Source: Octopus vulgaris
Taxonomy: Eukaryota
NCBI GenBank assembly: GCA_951406725.2
Contig: OX597814.1
Span: forward strand, 44,640,001-44,704,000
Length of the DNA stretch: 64,000 nucleotides
Direction: 5' to 3'
The notes under the pieces are model-generated. The model had not been told where the DNA came from, made no database searches, and worked only from the letters and a program-made list of their open reading frames with translations. Position numbers and translations under genes: made by a program. Shown here in pieces: positions 16,770-30,565 of this stretch. Numbering within the stretch: the stretch's first letter is position 1; the number at the start of each line of letters is the position of its first letter.

Positions 16770-17420
16770 CTATAGATTCAGGTACGATGCAACCTGTAGT
16801 CAGCGCATCTGTAAAGAGTTATATTTTATCAGAAAAATATAAACCCCTTTTGAATGCGTCCACCACAAATGACACTATTGCAAGGGCTTTAGAATAATTC
16901 CCACGCAAGTATTAATAACGATATGTACAAAATAGTCACTACTCATGAATTTATTCAGAGCAATTCCAATCACTACCATAACAACCACAACAGATCACTT
17001 TTAGGTCACTTGACCATTTAAGAGGATTCCACCAACATCTTACTACTGTCATACCACTCCCGGATTTTCTTATTCTTTCCCTTCTTTTCCAACTCCTTCT
17101 TCTTGTTCTTGTTCTTCTTCTTCTTCATTTCCCCCTCCTTCTTCTTCTTCGTCGTCGTCACCTCCTTTCTCAGCTACTACTGCTGCTGCTTAAACAGTCA
17201 AACCAAGAACTCATATTAGGACTACTACTACCTACTACCTGCTACCAAGATATCACACGAGTAAAAGCGAGAGACAGGGACAGACAGAAAAAGGAAAATC
17301 TCCCTTCCATTTGAAAACTATGGAAATATAATTTTCTGAGCAGATTGAGACACATCCTCCGACGCTGTTGTCCCTTTGTATTGTCGATACAATCCATTCT
17401 ATTTCACTCAGAATGCGATG
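16770..17420 (+). mobile_element. PLE C-terminus and 3'/pLTR region, inverted relative to the adjacent PLE
   Basis: RICKELYFIRKYKPLLNA, homologous to the end of the 23440 PLE ORF, followed by low-complexity UTR. Confidence 0.6.
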
Positions 17421-18959
17421 CGAGGCAATGATAAATCAAAGAGAATGTATACATACATACGTATATACATACATACATGCACATATATGGTGGTAATTGT
17501 AATGTGTGTATATGTAAGCATCAGCTCATACACACATGTATGTGTGTAGATATATGCACATTATCTGTAATGCACAGATAGCACAGCCAATCATTACTTC
17601 TATTTGCTGTGTTTTTCAACATAATTTAACAATAATTTCTCCCATCACTTAGAAACAAAGTCAAATATATAATAAAACAGAACCACTACCAAAACAAGAA
17701 ACCACATAATTATTTGTGATAAATTCACTGCACATTAACAAGTCTTATATGACAGTTGAATGGCATCTAAATTCTCAATAAATAACACATGTATTTTCCT
17801 TCTTTTTTTTGAGACTTTGAGTCAATCCAGAGAATCGTTGGTGCAGTCTCCCTCTGTCTTATTTTTTCATTCTGTCTTCTGTTCTATCTCCCTTTGATGA
17901 TAGCTCTCTTCCCAACAGCTATTCATGTATATGATATAGCTCTTTATATCGATATCGTCCTCTTCCTGTCATTCATATTTCGAGTCATCTATCTTGTGGC
18001 TATTATCAATCTAATGTTGTTTCTTGTCCGTGATCATTTTAATTTGCATGAACACGAAACACAAGCAATCACCTAAACACACATACACACAAACATAGAC
18101 ACACATACACACACACACACACTACACACACACACACACTACACACACTACACACACACACACAAACATACACCCATTATATTTCACACATACAACGACG
18201 CTTCCCTATTTACGTATGCTCTGGATTGAAAAACATCTATACTAAATGCGTAAAAATGATAGTTAAATTCCAGCATCGTATTTTCGTTTTTCATATTTCT
18301 ATTCCAGTTTCCGCACAGTTAACTTTACTTTATAATTTTGAATTATATCGATAATGGACTGCCACGTAGTCGGCAATCAATAAATAAAATCCTGTAGTTA
18401 AGTACCTAATGTTCAGATACTCTAAATCATATATCTCTGTATTTATGTTGTATTTATGAGGCAAGGAAAAGAAGAGATGGAAATATGCTGTGCTGGTGAA
18501 TAATTATGCCGAAACAATGGGAGATGAGCAAAATATGTTCGCATTGACGTGAAATGGAGAGGGTTCTCATGACAGTCCTTCTAGGACGTGTGCACCATGC
18601 TACGCAATATAGAGGACAGTAGGCAGAAAGATATTAACTTGGTTTTGGGAACATCATAAATTCTTTATAGGTCTTTCTTTTCATTAAACATCATCTTTAA
18701 TAATCCCTGTCAGTAGGAAAATACTCTAATTAGCATTTACTAGTTTTCACTAAATATAAATATACTACAAGTGTATTTTTGGTTATATGGTAAGAAAATT
18801 GCTTTGCAACCACATGGTTCCGAGTTCAGTACCACACCGTGATATCCTGGAGATATATCTTCAATTATAGCATCGGGCCAACCAAAACATTGCGAGTGGA
18901 TTTGGTAGACGAAGTCTCAAAGTATCTCATTGCACAAATATATAAATATGTATATACTC

Positions 18960-19169
18960 ATTTACTTTTTTACTTGTTTCAGTCATTTGACTGTGGCCAT
19001 GCTGGAGTACCACCATTAGTCGAGCAAATCGACCCAAGGACTTATTCTTTTTAAGACCAGTACTTATTCTATCGGTCTCTTGGGCAGAACCGCTAAGTTA
19101 TGGGCACGTAAACACACCACCATCGGTTGTCAAGCGATGTTGGGGGGACAAACGCAGACACACAAACAT

Positions 19170-19233
<64 letters not shown>

Positions 19234-19388
19234 ACGACGGGCTTCTTTCAGTTTCCATCTACCAAATCCACTCACAAGGATTTGGTCGGCCCGAGGCTAT
19301 AGTAGAAGACACTTACCCAAAGTGCTACGCAGCGGGAATGAACCCAGAACTATGTGCTTGGTAAGCAACTTACCACACAGCCACTCCA
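18960..19388 (-). mobile_element. SINE family A, full length with internal TA/CA microsatellite
   Basis: tRNA-like head (GGAGTGGCTGTGTGGTAAG...GGTTC), core, microsatellite and tail. A partial plus-strand head lies at ~18780-18912. Confidence 0.88.
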
Positions 19389-19864
19389 ATATATATAGTT
19401 CATGGATATTCTCTGCATATAATACACCTCGTAGTGTAGAGGAGTAAATACAAGGAATTTTTGATACAATAAATACAAAAAATGCAAATATATATATATA
19501 ATATGTTTGCATACAAAAAGCTCCGACTTAAAGATAATTGGAATGATGTGTGTGTGGGTGTGCGCGTAACACATGGGATGAGGTTCCCTACCACTGTTTC
19601 AGACATGTTCTATATTGTTGAACAAAACAATATCATCATTAACAAACAGTTTTCTTTAGGTCAACTAAGAGTAAAATTTAACATTTACAATTTTTCACGC
19701 GAATTCTATATAAAGAATGTTGACTTGCCCATCTCGCTTCCAGCCCAGAGGATCCAACAGATCGTAAATTTATTTTATCATTTATATGTGTGTGTGAATG
19801 TGTGTGTGTGTGTATATGTATATATATATGTGTGTGTGTGTGTGTATGTACGTATATGCATATG

Positions 19865-19912
<48 letters not shown>

Positions 19913-19925
19913 CACATATATATGT

Positions 19926-19958
<33 letters not shown>

Positions 19959-20204
19959 ATAACAATTTAACAAATAAAACATATGCATACATACATACCT
20001 ATATGTACATACCTACATATATATGTATATATACATGCATATATATATATATGCATGTATATATACATATAGATTTTGGTATGTACATATATGTATGTAT
20101 GTATGCATATTTTTTATTTGTTAAATTGTTATTATATGATTGAACGCCTGGCGTCACTTTCTTATTTCTCCAAGTAAGTTTTTATTATATATATACACAC
20201 ACAC

Positions 20205-20260
<56 letters not shown>

Positions 20261-21081
20261 CGCCAGAGACCGGTTGGTAAACGGACTTTTACAGTCGGCT
20301 TTTCGATGTCCCCATTGGCGGCGTTATACTTATCTTGCTTATAAATGATACCTAAGATAATTAGCACCAATAATCCTTGGAAATAATTTTTGAAAAAGCT
20401 TTTTAGGAAATATATGAATAACCCTTGCAAGGGGAAATTACTCCCATTAGGCGAATGGTGGTTTGTTTTGGAAGCAAACGCACGAATTTTATATACCCTT
20501 AGGATTCTTTGACGACGTTAATTTTTTGACAAGCAGGCCTAGACGAACACACGAACACAAAAAATATTTTCTGCCGCCTGACGAATTTTTCAGCAGTGAC
20601 CATTATGTAGCGCCTTTTACCAACATACGGCCGCGCACACATAGGCCAGTACACACATACATGCTTCTAGGTAGTTTTTGTCTCGCCCCCAAAAATACAC
20701 CCAGTATTCTTAAAATATTCAGAATTTTAGTTTTGGTCACACAGAACATCTCCACACCCCTTGCTCTCACCTACTGGATTTGACCGCCGCCTGACCTGTA
20801 AATATCTTCAACGCACCCACCACCCGATTTCAACGTACATTGATAATCAGTTCAGCCATGGGCTCTTAAAGAGCCTCCTCGTTCAAATTGCTTTGCTGCG
20901 CCTCTGTTCTGTTTTGTTCTGCCAACGGAATTCCTATTTTTTTCCTGAAGAGAAAGCCACAATATGGTATCCTTATTTAATCAGAATTTGGAAAATTGTG
21001 GCTTTTGAAACATGTGTAGAATGCAATAAAAGGAATTATGTTCAATCTTCGTTCAACTCCATTTCTTCAATTCACTAATAA

Positions 21082-21148
21082 AAGGCGGTGCTCCAGCATG
21101 GCCGCAGTCAAATGACTGAAACAAGTAAAAGAGTAAAAGAGTAAAAGA

Positions 21149-21150
<2 letters not shown>
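21082..21150 (+). mobile_element. SINE family A 3' tip
   Basis: ggcggtgctccagcatggccgcagtcaaatgactgaaacaag(taaaagag)3. Confidence 0.85.
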
Positions 21151-21183
<33 letters not shown>

Positions 21184-21184
21184 T

Positions 21185-21780
21185 ATATGGGTACAGAACG
21201 TCACCAACAGTAAACAACATGAAATACGAAAACAAATGAGTGAAATGCACAAATATCGGAAGAAAAAGGGTTAAGTAATACAAAAATGACCCTTCATCAG
21301 TTGTCGACTGTCTATCTACTCCCAATTTCAAGCAATCAACGACAATATGTGTATTCGAAGACAGTTGCTCCTATGAATCCCAAAATAAAATTTGGGATTT
21401 ATGGAGCGTCAAAGTTAGAGCCAAAACCGTACAGTGGAGATATATAGAGAAACCGAACGGAAACAATCATGGACGATCGCTAGACCTGAACAAGAACGAA
21501 AATAGTGAACGTTGAGAGAAATATTTTCTTTGAAAAGAGAAAAAATAGAACTGAGAGATAGGAGACATCCAGTCCTAAGAAAATCTGTGCAAGAAAGAAA
21601 GATGGTCAGGTGACGAAATAAAAGATGGAGGATGGTCACGTGTGAACAACGAGACAGAAAAAAGAGAAAGGGGAAAAGAGATAAAAATAGAGTACGGTGA
21701 GGGGAAAAAAGGGGGAATTAGAGAAGATAGGGAAGGAAACAGTATACAGTAGAGTTGCATCAAATAGGTTAAGGTAAACT
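21185..21780 (-). mobile_element. Repeat homologous to 45250-45520, probably a PLE pLTR
   Basis: Shared ggagcaactg...gagtaga...acaaCTGATGAAG block and tail. Confidence 0.55.
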
Positions 21781-21909
21781 TACTTGGGAATAGATGCCTG
21801 GCGTTGAATTAAATAATAAGCATGTATATATACATATATATATAGGTATGTATATATATATGTATGTATATATGCATATATTTATATATTATATATATGT
21901 ATATATATG

Positions 21910-21940
<31 letters not shown>

Positions 21941-22119
21941 GTATATATATATATTTATATATATATATATATATTTGTATATCTAATGGAGTTGCTTGAA
22001 ACGATCGTACTGCATTACCTCTGGATACATCTTTTGCTTCTTTTGATATTTATATATGTATTCAAGTATATATCCACATGTATAAATACACACATACACA
22101 CATACACAGACACACCTGA

Positions 22120-22480
22120 TTGAATGTTCCTTCTGGACGAATATCAGCATAGTTCTCTACGTACCATTGAAGCAGTAAGACACATTGGATGCTGTCAATT
22201 CGAAAACCTGACTGAAAAAAGCACTCCAATATCAAACCAGTATAAGATGGCAGTACCTAGATTGTCTGACAAAAGTTCAAAAGTATCCCACTTTGCAAAA
22301 ACAAGGTGCGTAGGCGCAGGAGAGCAATCATACTTCAATCTGCATTTAATCGCAGATTGTTCATAAAGTTTATTTCGATCACAAAACAACATGCCATGAC
22401 TTGGAAGCAGTGAGCTGAAATTGTTTATGCAACCAAAACATTGGCATATAATCCACATATCACTCCTTGGTGCATTTTCA
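22120..22480 (+). mobile_element. RTE LINE C-terminal relic
   Basis: LLDEYQHSSLRTI and RW..L.RLSD-like motifs. Confidence 0.4.
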
Positions 22481-23084
22481 AATATATACCTGGTCAGAGA
22501 AAACAAGTATTAATAGTTTCTAATTGTTGTGGACAAAGAAATCGCGTACTTATGTTTACAAGGATTATAAGAAACGGAGCTTCCTCAGGTCATACACTAA
22601 TCTCTCATTAGTTCTTTAGTTTGAGAAGGCAAAGAAGACACGCCTGATCAAGCTTACAATCGTATCGGAAAAATGGTATGAGGAAGCATATAAACGGAAG
22701 AGATCCAAGTACCACGACTCCTTCGGGGCTTTTCTCCTGGTTTCTATGGAGGGTAATTGGGCCTGTGGCCCGAAACCAGAGTGAGGAATTATAATGAAGT
22801 ATTTATTGGTATCACAGAGTATCACATTTGGAGAATTTCGTTTCCTCTTGATATTTGGAGATCACTGTAAAGCAGTAGGATAAACAATATTCTTAGTTTT
22901 ACCATTTGGTGAGAGTAGGAAGAGATTTCTGTCATTTCCAATTCTGGAACAAGCAACATAGAGCTGGCCATGGGAAAAGCACTGCTGCATGAGGTGACGC
23001 CTAACAAGTTAGAGTGATTATTCTTGACTCTTTTTAATTGAAATTGCACAACTAACTTTTACCGAAAATTAAAGACTTTTAAAT

Positions 23085-23335
23085 TTAAAGGGCATGACTG
23101 CTGGAGTCAGTAGAATTCCTTGGAATAAACACATTTTCTCCCTTTCTTTGTCCAGTGAAGATTGCTGCTTCCGAAAGATGTGGATGTATTTGCCTGACAA
23201 TCAGTCGTGTTCCATTGCACAGTTTTGGGAGATGGACATTTCTCAATAGCATGATTGGAACTCCTTTCTTCAATACCAGTTTGTGAGAAGTTATTCCAGG
23301 AGGAGCCAAAGAATTAAGAAACTCAGTAGTCATTA
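23085..23335 (-). mobile_element. Helitron Pif1 helicase fragment
   Basis: [44 protein letters not shown]. Confidence 0.9.
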
Positions 23336-23385
23336 TTATAGAAGGTGTATAAATATATATACATACACACACACACACACACACG

Positions 23386-23437
<52 letters not shown>

Positions 23438-23440
<3 letters not shown>

Positions 23441-24065
23441 ATCAGAATTCCTCTTCAAAGAGGGACAGAAATTCAAGATCAAATCTAATTTTACTTGTGC
23501 CTCTGAAAACATAATTTATGTCATAAAATGCTCGGGCTGCCACCAAGACTACATGGGATTCATGGGACTATCACTCAGACGTAGATGCACACTGCATCGA
23601 CAACAAATTGCATTCTCAGAATACAGAATGATACCCTTTAGTGAGCACATTGAGAAATGTGCAAAGCAACTACTACCACAATTTTTAATCTTTCCATTCT
23701 ACCAATGTGCTATCGGAACACCAACACAAATTAGACTAAACAAGGAAACATTCTTCATTGAAAAATACAAGCCCAAACTTAACCATTCCAACATACTTAT
23801 ACAGAGAAACTCAGTCCAAAAGAAAGGCAAATAATTTTAAGCGATTATCTCCCTTACACCGGAAGAAATCACTTATTATCTAGATCTCCGCTCAACGTAA
23901 ACATAACGATTTAAGAAATTTGAAAAGCTGAACGCGAAACCGGTCATTTCTTCTAAACTATGTCATTGTATGAAAAAAAATTATAATATTCTTCAGACAT
24001 ATTGATTCAAAAATATATTTTTTAACCTTTTAAAACAAGCCTTCTGTAGTTTTTTCACTTTTTAC

Positions 24066-24070
<5 letters not shown>
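23438..24070 (+). mobile_element. 5'-truncated PLE (GIY-YIG plus HHR-containing pLTR) between (TA)n tracts
   Basis: FTCASENIIYVIKCSGCHQDYMG..LRRRCTLHRQQI..FSEHIEKC..KETFFIEKYKPKLN. Confidence 0.88.
23913..23952 (+). ncRNA. Minimal hammerhead ribozyme, U3-A8 variant
   Basis: aagaaau-UUGAAAA-gcugaacgc-GAAA-CCGG-UC-auuucuu, with a perfect 7-bp stem I. Confidence 0.8.
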
Positions 24071-24128
<58 letters not shown>

Positions 24129-24223
24129 TAATAAGTGTAGTTGGTATACGAGTGGGTATGTATTTATAAAAAAAGACGTTTGAAAACGCCATTATATAAG
24201 ATAAATTTTAATTTTCTTAAAAA

Positions 24224-24270
24224 TTTTACATGTTTCGGTTCTTCTTGAGAAAACGAACCTTATCAAAAAT
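24224..24270 (-). ncRNA. Minimal hammerhead ribozyme, U3-A8 variant
   Basis: uuu-UUGAUAA-gguuc..gaacc-GAAA-CAUG-UA-aaa. Confidence 0.65.
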
Positions 24271-24362
24271 ATTTTTAAAAGTCGACCTCGGGGGAATTTG
24301 AACCCCCATCATAAAGACAGACAAAAAGCCGCTAAACATTTTCACGGCTATGAAGTACATAT

Positions 24363-24608
24363 AGGTGTCTTTTTACATTTCCACTGGCCGCTCCGTTATC
24401 ATTCTCGATAAAATTAAATTAGCATTCCTGGCATCAGCTCTCTTTAGAAAACTAAACTCTTCAATTCCAATCTCGGATTTTATTCTGCTTCTTGCCCACA
24501 GGAGTAAAATTCTCAGAATGATCTTTGTAATGTGACTCATGAGATGAATCGTGCGATATTGTTCACAATTCACGATTCCTGATTTCTACGGAAGTGCCAG
24601 AAAAAAAT
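24363..24608 (-). mobile_element. RTE LINE RT N-terminal fragment
   Basis: ALP*KSGIVNCEQYRTIHLMSHITKIILRIL...ERPVEM. Confidence 0.85.
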
Positions 24609-25125
24609 CGGTTTAACACTTTGTTGGCAGCATGGACGCACTGGGCCGAAGGCGAAAAGGAGAAATCCACCAAGATACCCAGGTCCTTTACCTGGTCGGT
24701 CCTCTCCAGCAGCAGACGACCCGGCTCGAAATCAAGTTGAGTTGCAGGAGAGGAGCCAACAGGCAGCTGACAGCACTTTGACACTTTCAGACACAGGTCC
24801 CACTCGTTAGACCATCTCCAAACTTGGTGGAGGCATCGACGAAGATCATTTATATCACCGCGAGGAGCGACCAGTTTGGCATCATCGGCAAATAGAAGGG
24901 TGTGTTGCGTGAGGTCGTCAGGCAAGTCATTTATGAAGACTAAAAACAATAAGGGCCCAAGCACTGAACCTTGAGGCACGCCACTGCTCGCACTGGAGAC
25001 GTCGGACAGCGAAACATTAACTTGGACTTGGAAGGAGCGATCTGAGAAGAAGGCACCAATCCATCGTACAATATCCGGATGGAAACTATATAATTCTATA
25101 TTCCTCCGCAATGACGATGGTTATT
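24609..25125 (-). mobile_element. CR1/Jockey-group LINE RT fragment
   Basis: SGVPQGSVLGPLLFLVFINDLPD, LFADDAKL and VKDLGILVD. Confidence 0.9.
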
Positions 25126-25129
25126 ACGA

Positions 25130-25920
25130 ACACATGTTTAAGGAGCACCCTACAATTTACACACGGAAAGACTCTGGTTATATCTCGATAAACCAGATTG
25201 ATTATATATCCATCAATAACAAATTTTAGAAATCAGTAGAGCATGCAAAAACATACTCAGGAGAAGACTGTAGGAGCAACCATGTACGAAAGGCATGCAC
25301 ATTCCAATGTAGATAAAGGAAGTTGAAGAGAGGAAGAGCTGCAAAGAAACTGAATTTTATTAAGCCGCTGAATAAGAGGTGCTGGTGGAGTATTCTGGCA
25401 ATGTATAGAACGGATTTAATATGTTGATTGATAATGTCACCTTACTTGAAACAGCCCAGGAATGCTAAGGAATAAAAAAAAAAGAAACGGAAGCCTTTCA
25501 AAGGTGAGTAAAAGACAGATCAGGAACAGGGAATCGAAAAAGTATAGAGAGCTAGATAGACTGATTAAACGGAAGTGTAAGAAGGCTAAAAAGGCTTGGC
25601 TGAATGGACAATGAAGAAATTGAAAGACAATTTCTGCTAGGATACAAAGTACATCCGAAGATGAGATCTCTGGCAGGAAGTCAGGATGCTCAAACTCTGG
25701 CTGTATAAGAGTAAAAGATAGTACATACTGGTTGAGAAGTTTGACATTTTGCTTAAATGGATAGAGTGTATAGGAGATTTATATCATGATGCGAGAGCAA
25801 CCTTGCCTAGTTTTCCTGACCCCAATGAGGGTTCAAAGTTTATGCAGTTTAAGTACAGGCAAACATAAAAATGGACCAGACGGAATTGCCATTTAGATGA
25901 TAACAGCATTAGAGGAATAT
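25130..25920 (+). mobile_element. RTE LINE endonuclease-linker fragment
   Basis: NQIDYI..KTYSGEDC.SNH (end of APE domain), KWIECIGDLYHD and GPDGIA. Confidence 0.75.
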
Positions 25921-26687
25921 TACTATTTACATAACTTAAGAAGTGTTTTTTCATCTCTTTTGTGTCTTCTGGCGTCTAAAATTCTAATGAGCAGGAATGA
26001 TTGGATAGAAACCTTCAATATAAAATTGAAGCTAGAAGCGTTTGGTTATTTATATTTCGGTACTATTACTTTATAGCTCGGTACAATGCATTATCGTACT
26101 ACTTTTCTTCTATTTTGGAATTTGGTTTTCTTCTTAATGCTACTATTATTTTTACTGAAGTTTTTTTCACAGATAAAGCCTATCACTGTTTTAGCTGAAT
26201 GTATTAATCCATTTCAGATTACAGCAGATTTTTGTCTTGTTCGTTTGTATTTGTATGCGTGGTCGTTAAGATTCAGATATGCTTCATGCTGAGCAAGACT
26301 TTCTTAGATATAAACTAATTGCAATTTCTGAGCTATGGCTTTATGTTACTATAAGTTTACATAATAGTATCAATAATTCTTTGGGATTCTTTTTTTAATT
26401 CGTACTCGTTCATGTGTATTATCGTCTACTCCATATAGGTTATTTAGTATATCAATTAAAAGCATACATAGATTACTGGAATTCTTCTATAAGGAGCTAA
26501 ACTCATTCAAAAATGTATTTGTATACTTCTGAAGGGAATTTTGTTAATCTTGTATTAGTTATACTTCTTTAATCGGGGAGCATTTACATGTCTTTATATC
26601 ATAATGTTCTGTCACTTTTTTTTGTGCGATCTGTTTCCTATATTTTCTTCAACATCTTTCATTTCGTTATACTCTCCACTACTTGAA

Positions 26688-26906
26688 CTTGATGCGAAAT
26701 TACACTTTAAACATTGTTTCTAAATACGTATTTACGACAGTAAAATCGAAACAATTTATGAATAGCGGTGTCCAGGAAAAGAGCGTGGGTTCACTCAGAC
26801 TTGATGCGAAATTACACTTTAAACGTTATTTCTAAATACGCATTTACGAAAATCGAAGCAATTTATGAATAGCGGTGTCCAGGAAAAGAGAATGGGTTCA
26901 CTCAAA
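26688..26906. repeat. Tandem duplication, ~112 bp unit x2
   Basis: cttgatgcgaaattacactttaaac starts at both 26688 and 26800. Confidence 0.9.
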
Positions 26907-28329
26907 CTTCTACACGCCCGGGTCTTCTATAACCAACTGTCTTCAGTGCATTAGCCACGATCATAGCGTCCATCAAGGTAAATGTTGTTCTAACCAAACA
27001 TGGCTTACCAATACATAGATTCCACTATACATTTATATGAAGTTCTTGGCTTTGTGCAGAGAGATAGTGGTGACCGTATCGTACGCTTGACGAAACACCA
27101 AAAAGTAGCACACTTTGCATAAACAACCTCCAAGTATAGATTTATGTAACATTGAGTATTCCACTCCAAGAAATACTTACTACACTAAGAGACTGCAAGT
27201 GACTATGGATAGATTTAGTTGAATACATAAAATGGAGGAAATTCGTTAACGATTCTGAAAAAAAACTTGCTAATGTCAAATACGATAAGAAGACATGTAA
27301 GCAGTTACCCTATTAAATTTGAAATACCTAGCACCGTTCGAAACTTATCTCTTAGATATGGTTTCCAGTTTTCTCTTCAATAGATACATACGCCAATAGT
27401 GTTTAGAATTAATTTAGCTGCACATTAAGAATTTTGAAAAATCTAATAATACTTTCCTTTTCTCATATATTACATAAAATCTATACAAAGTGGAAAAGAA
27501 ATTCGATAAAGAAGTACAATATAAGAAAATCACTTACAACTAAAGGAAGTTTAGCGCACAAAATTGTAGCAACGCAAAAATGGAAGCAAAAACATAACTG
27601 AGAAATTGAAATTAGAAAAGAATGTCTAAGTGAAGCGCAAAGCATATCTCAATATTATGTACTACAAAAAGTTTCTCATCCGCACCTAACTGTAGATTAA
27701 TAATTCCAGTTACAACGAAGATATAACTGAAAAAATCTGTAGGAAAATTAATAATAGCATTAGGAAGAAAGCCCGATTCCAACAAATGAAAAGCAACAGT
27801 GCAGCAATAAACTGGTTTAGATATATTCATAACAAACACGAAACTAGGTTCACCCAGTTTGGCATCGCAGATTTTTATCCTTTCATTTTTCAAATCCTGC
27901 AAACTATAAAGCCATACTTCTTCCAAGAACAAAGAAAATGAACATAATAACTCGCGAATTACTGTGCACATTCTTATGGCTCTTCTTCACAAGGAGTCTG
28001 TCTGCGTTAATATATCAGGTTCCAAAAGTGCATTTCTTGTACGGAGATTGTCATACAATATCAGAGATATTTGTAGCCTCGGAGAAAGATGAGTACTAGA
28101 TACACTTAAAGTTGTTTCTTTTTATTTATTTAAATATTAGATTTTATACGGGAGATAATATGACCGAATCACAACATTCCTATAGGCATGTGTAAAATAA
28201 CTTCAGAAAAGTGACTCAGTGACACCTTCCATAATTTGGGTTCAAAATTACAATCAAACTTTCTATAATAAACCCCCTCGACGACACTTTCAGTTTAATT
28301 AAAGAGAACTATAAAAAACACAATGAGGT

Positions 28330-28440
28330 AAATGAGACACTCGAAACGTTAAATCTTCTTTCCTTCCTTTCCTGAGCGTCTGATAATACAGTACTTGTAC
28401 CATGTCCTCGCGTTATTGTTTTTCTTGTTTTCTTTGTTTG
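28330..28440 (+). mobile_element. PLE pLTR terminal fragment
   Basis: ctcgaaacgttaaa...ttcctgagcgt...aatac is similar to 40710-40760. Confidence 0.55.
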
Positions 28441-28496
28441 GATTATATATATATATATATATATATATGTTTGTGTGTGTGTGTGTGTGTGTAAAC

Positions 28497-28655
28497 GACG
28501 GGCTTTTTTTGAGTTTCCGTCTACCAAATCCACGCTGAAGGCTTTTGCCGACCGGAAGTTATAGCAGAAGATACTTAAGCAACATGCCACACAGTGGGAC
28601 TGATCCCGGAGCCATGTGGTTGGGGAAGGAAGTTTATTACCACGCAGCCACTCCT
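28497..28655 (-). mobile_element. SINE family A 5' half
   Basis: Homologous to 19235-19388. Confidence 0.8.
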
Positions 28656-28749
28656 ATATATTATATGCGTGTGTATGCGTGTGCGCGTGTTTTTGTGTGT
28701 GCGTGTGATGGTGTGTGTGTGTGTTTGTTGATGGGACAGCTATCATCTG

Positions 28750-30294
28750 TCAACCTGAAGCAATCATATACATAAAGAATGATAAACTAATGATAAACAC
28801 AACGGAAAGAAATTATACAGATTTAAGCCAACTAAAAAAAAAGGCAAATGCGTATTACTATGGGCGTTAAGATGCATCACTACACCTCCAGAAAGAACAA
28901 CTTTAATGGGCATCATAGGCGCAGAAAGCATGTACATCAGACGTAAATGCGATAAACGCTTCAGCAAAAAATTCTCATGGATGAAATGTAAGCAACAATG
29001 TAAAATAAAGCAAGAAAAATGGAGGTACCCGGATGAGATCAATAGGATATATATGACAGACGCCCTATAACGGCCGAATTTAGCATGGACAATAAAGCGA
29101 ACGTCTATAAAAATATACCTGTCGCCTTGTATGAACAATCGATACTTCAACTACAACCAAAGTTTGCCGTATACAGAAAGGGAAATAGAATATGTTCTGT
29201 CTCTGAAATAGAGAAAGCATTCATAAAAAATTCGTGGAACCTCAACAAAAATGAAACATCAGCAACGGCACAAACGATCGCAACAACACAAACAACAACA
29301 ACACCTCCGAACACGTTAACAATAACAACAATAATAACAGCAACAACAACAGAAACAGTAACTTCACAATCGTCCAGAGCAACACGAACAACAGCAACAA
29401 CCATGATGGCAACATGAACGAACTCACATGAACGAACACACAAGCACAGAAAGATACAAGAATAATATCAAAATAAGGGTCAGGAACAGCAGCAGCAGCA
29501 GCAGAAACAGGAGATAAAATGTAAGCGGGGGGGAGAGTCAACATACCAAATATTGGTACCACTAAGAACAACGACAGTAATGGTATCAACAATAAAAACG
29601 ACAACGATAATGTAGAGAATAACAAATACACAACCACGCAAAATTAAGGGCCAGGAAGACCAGCAGCAGCAGCAGCAGTAGTACAATAAATGGGAACAGT
29701 GACGTCAACAGAAGGAAAGATACCAAGACCATAAACCCCAAAGCTAGAACCAGCGATAACACCACCACCACAAGGTAGTAAACGCAACAGTAACATGAAT
29801 TACGACACCTACACCTACAATAATGATTAAATGTAACGGTAAAGGAAAAAGTATAAATTCGTTATTTTTCTTCTCTGTCTGCGTGGGTTATTTCGAGTAT
29901 TTTGTTTTTGTCTGGGAGTCTCTTCCTGATAATAAACTACAGTCTTTTTCTGTAGTATTTTTACTCGACAACACACGTGGATGGGCGAGGGAAGATGAGG
30001 AACCTCATTCGTATGTTTTGAATTCGTCGGTACTGGACGTTGAATACGATCCGTCTGATAGTGTTTTGAATTGGATAGGTATGTTAAATTTTTCCAGTGC
30101 TCTCAACTTTAATATCGTGGAATCCTGTGCTGAAGAGGAAAATGTTTGGGTGAAGTATGATGCTTACATTCTTCATACCGATCTAATTCCGAAATGCGTC
30201 CACAGGTAATCAAATACCGAGTGAATTTCGTTATTTTTCCTTTCTGTCTGCGTGGGTTATTTCGTGTATTTTGTTTTTGTCCGGGAGTCTCTTC
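28750..30294 (+). mobile_element. Decayed PLE (GIY-YIG C-terminus), CAA-rich spacer, and HHR unit with ~70 bp terminal repeat
   Basis: YRKGNRICSVSEIEKAFI..LNKNE resembles a PLE endonuclease tail. Direct repeat at ~29858 and ~30227 (369 nt period). Confidence 0.6.
30124..30206 (+). ncRNA. Type I hammerhead ribozyme, canonical core
   Basis: ccugug-CUGAAGA-ggaa[...]uucc-GAAA-UGCG-UC-cacagg. Confidence 0.85.
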
Positions 30295-30565
30295 TTATAG
30301 TAGAAGAATTAGCTAAGGTTATTTGGCTGATATTTCTAAACTTCAGCATGTGGTAAAGCGAATCTTTGCTGAACCCTAAGTATAATTATACTCGTAATTA
30401 TAAAATATTATTTAAGTTTACCGAAAAATGATACTTTTTCATGCCGAATTCTACTTGCTGAAATTATAAATTACTAGTTAATTAATTAATTTTACCCTTT
30501 ATTATTATTGATATATATATATATATTCAGAATGAGATAAAATAAAAAACAAGGCCGTGAAGATT

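Noticed and set aside
27600-28090. Possible ancient mariner or host exon (119-aa ORF)
   Set aside because: Only vague similarity, with no diagnostic motif or splice support
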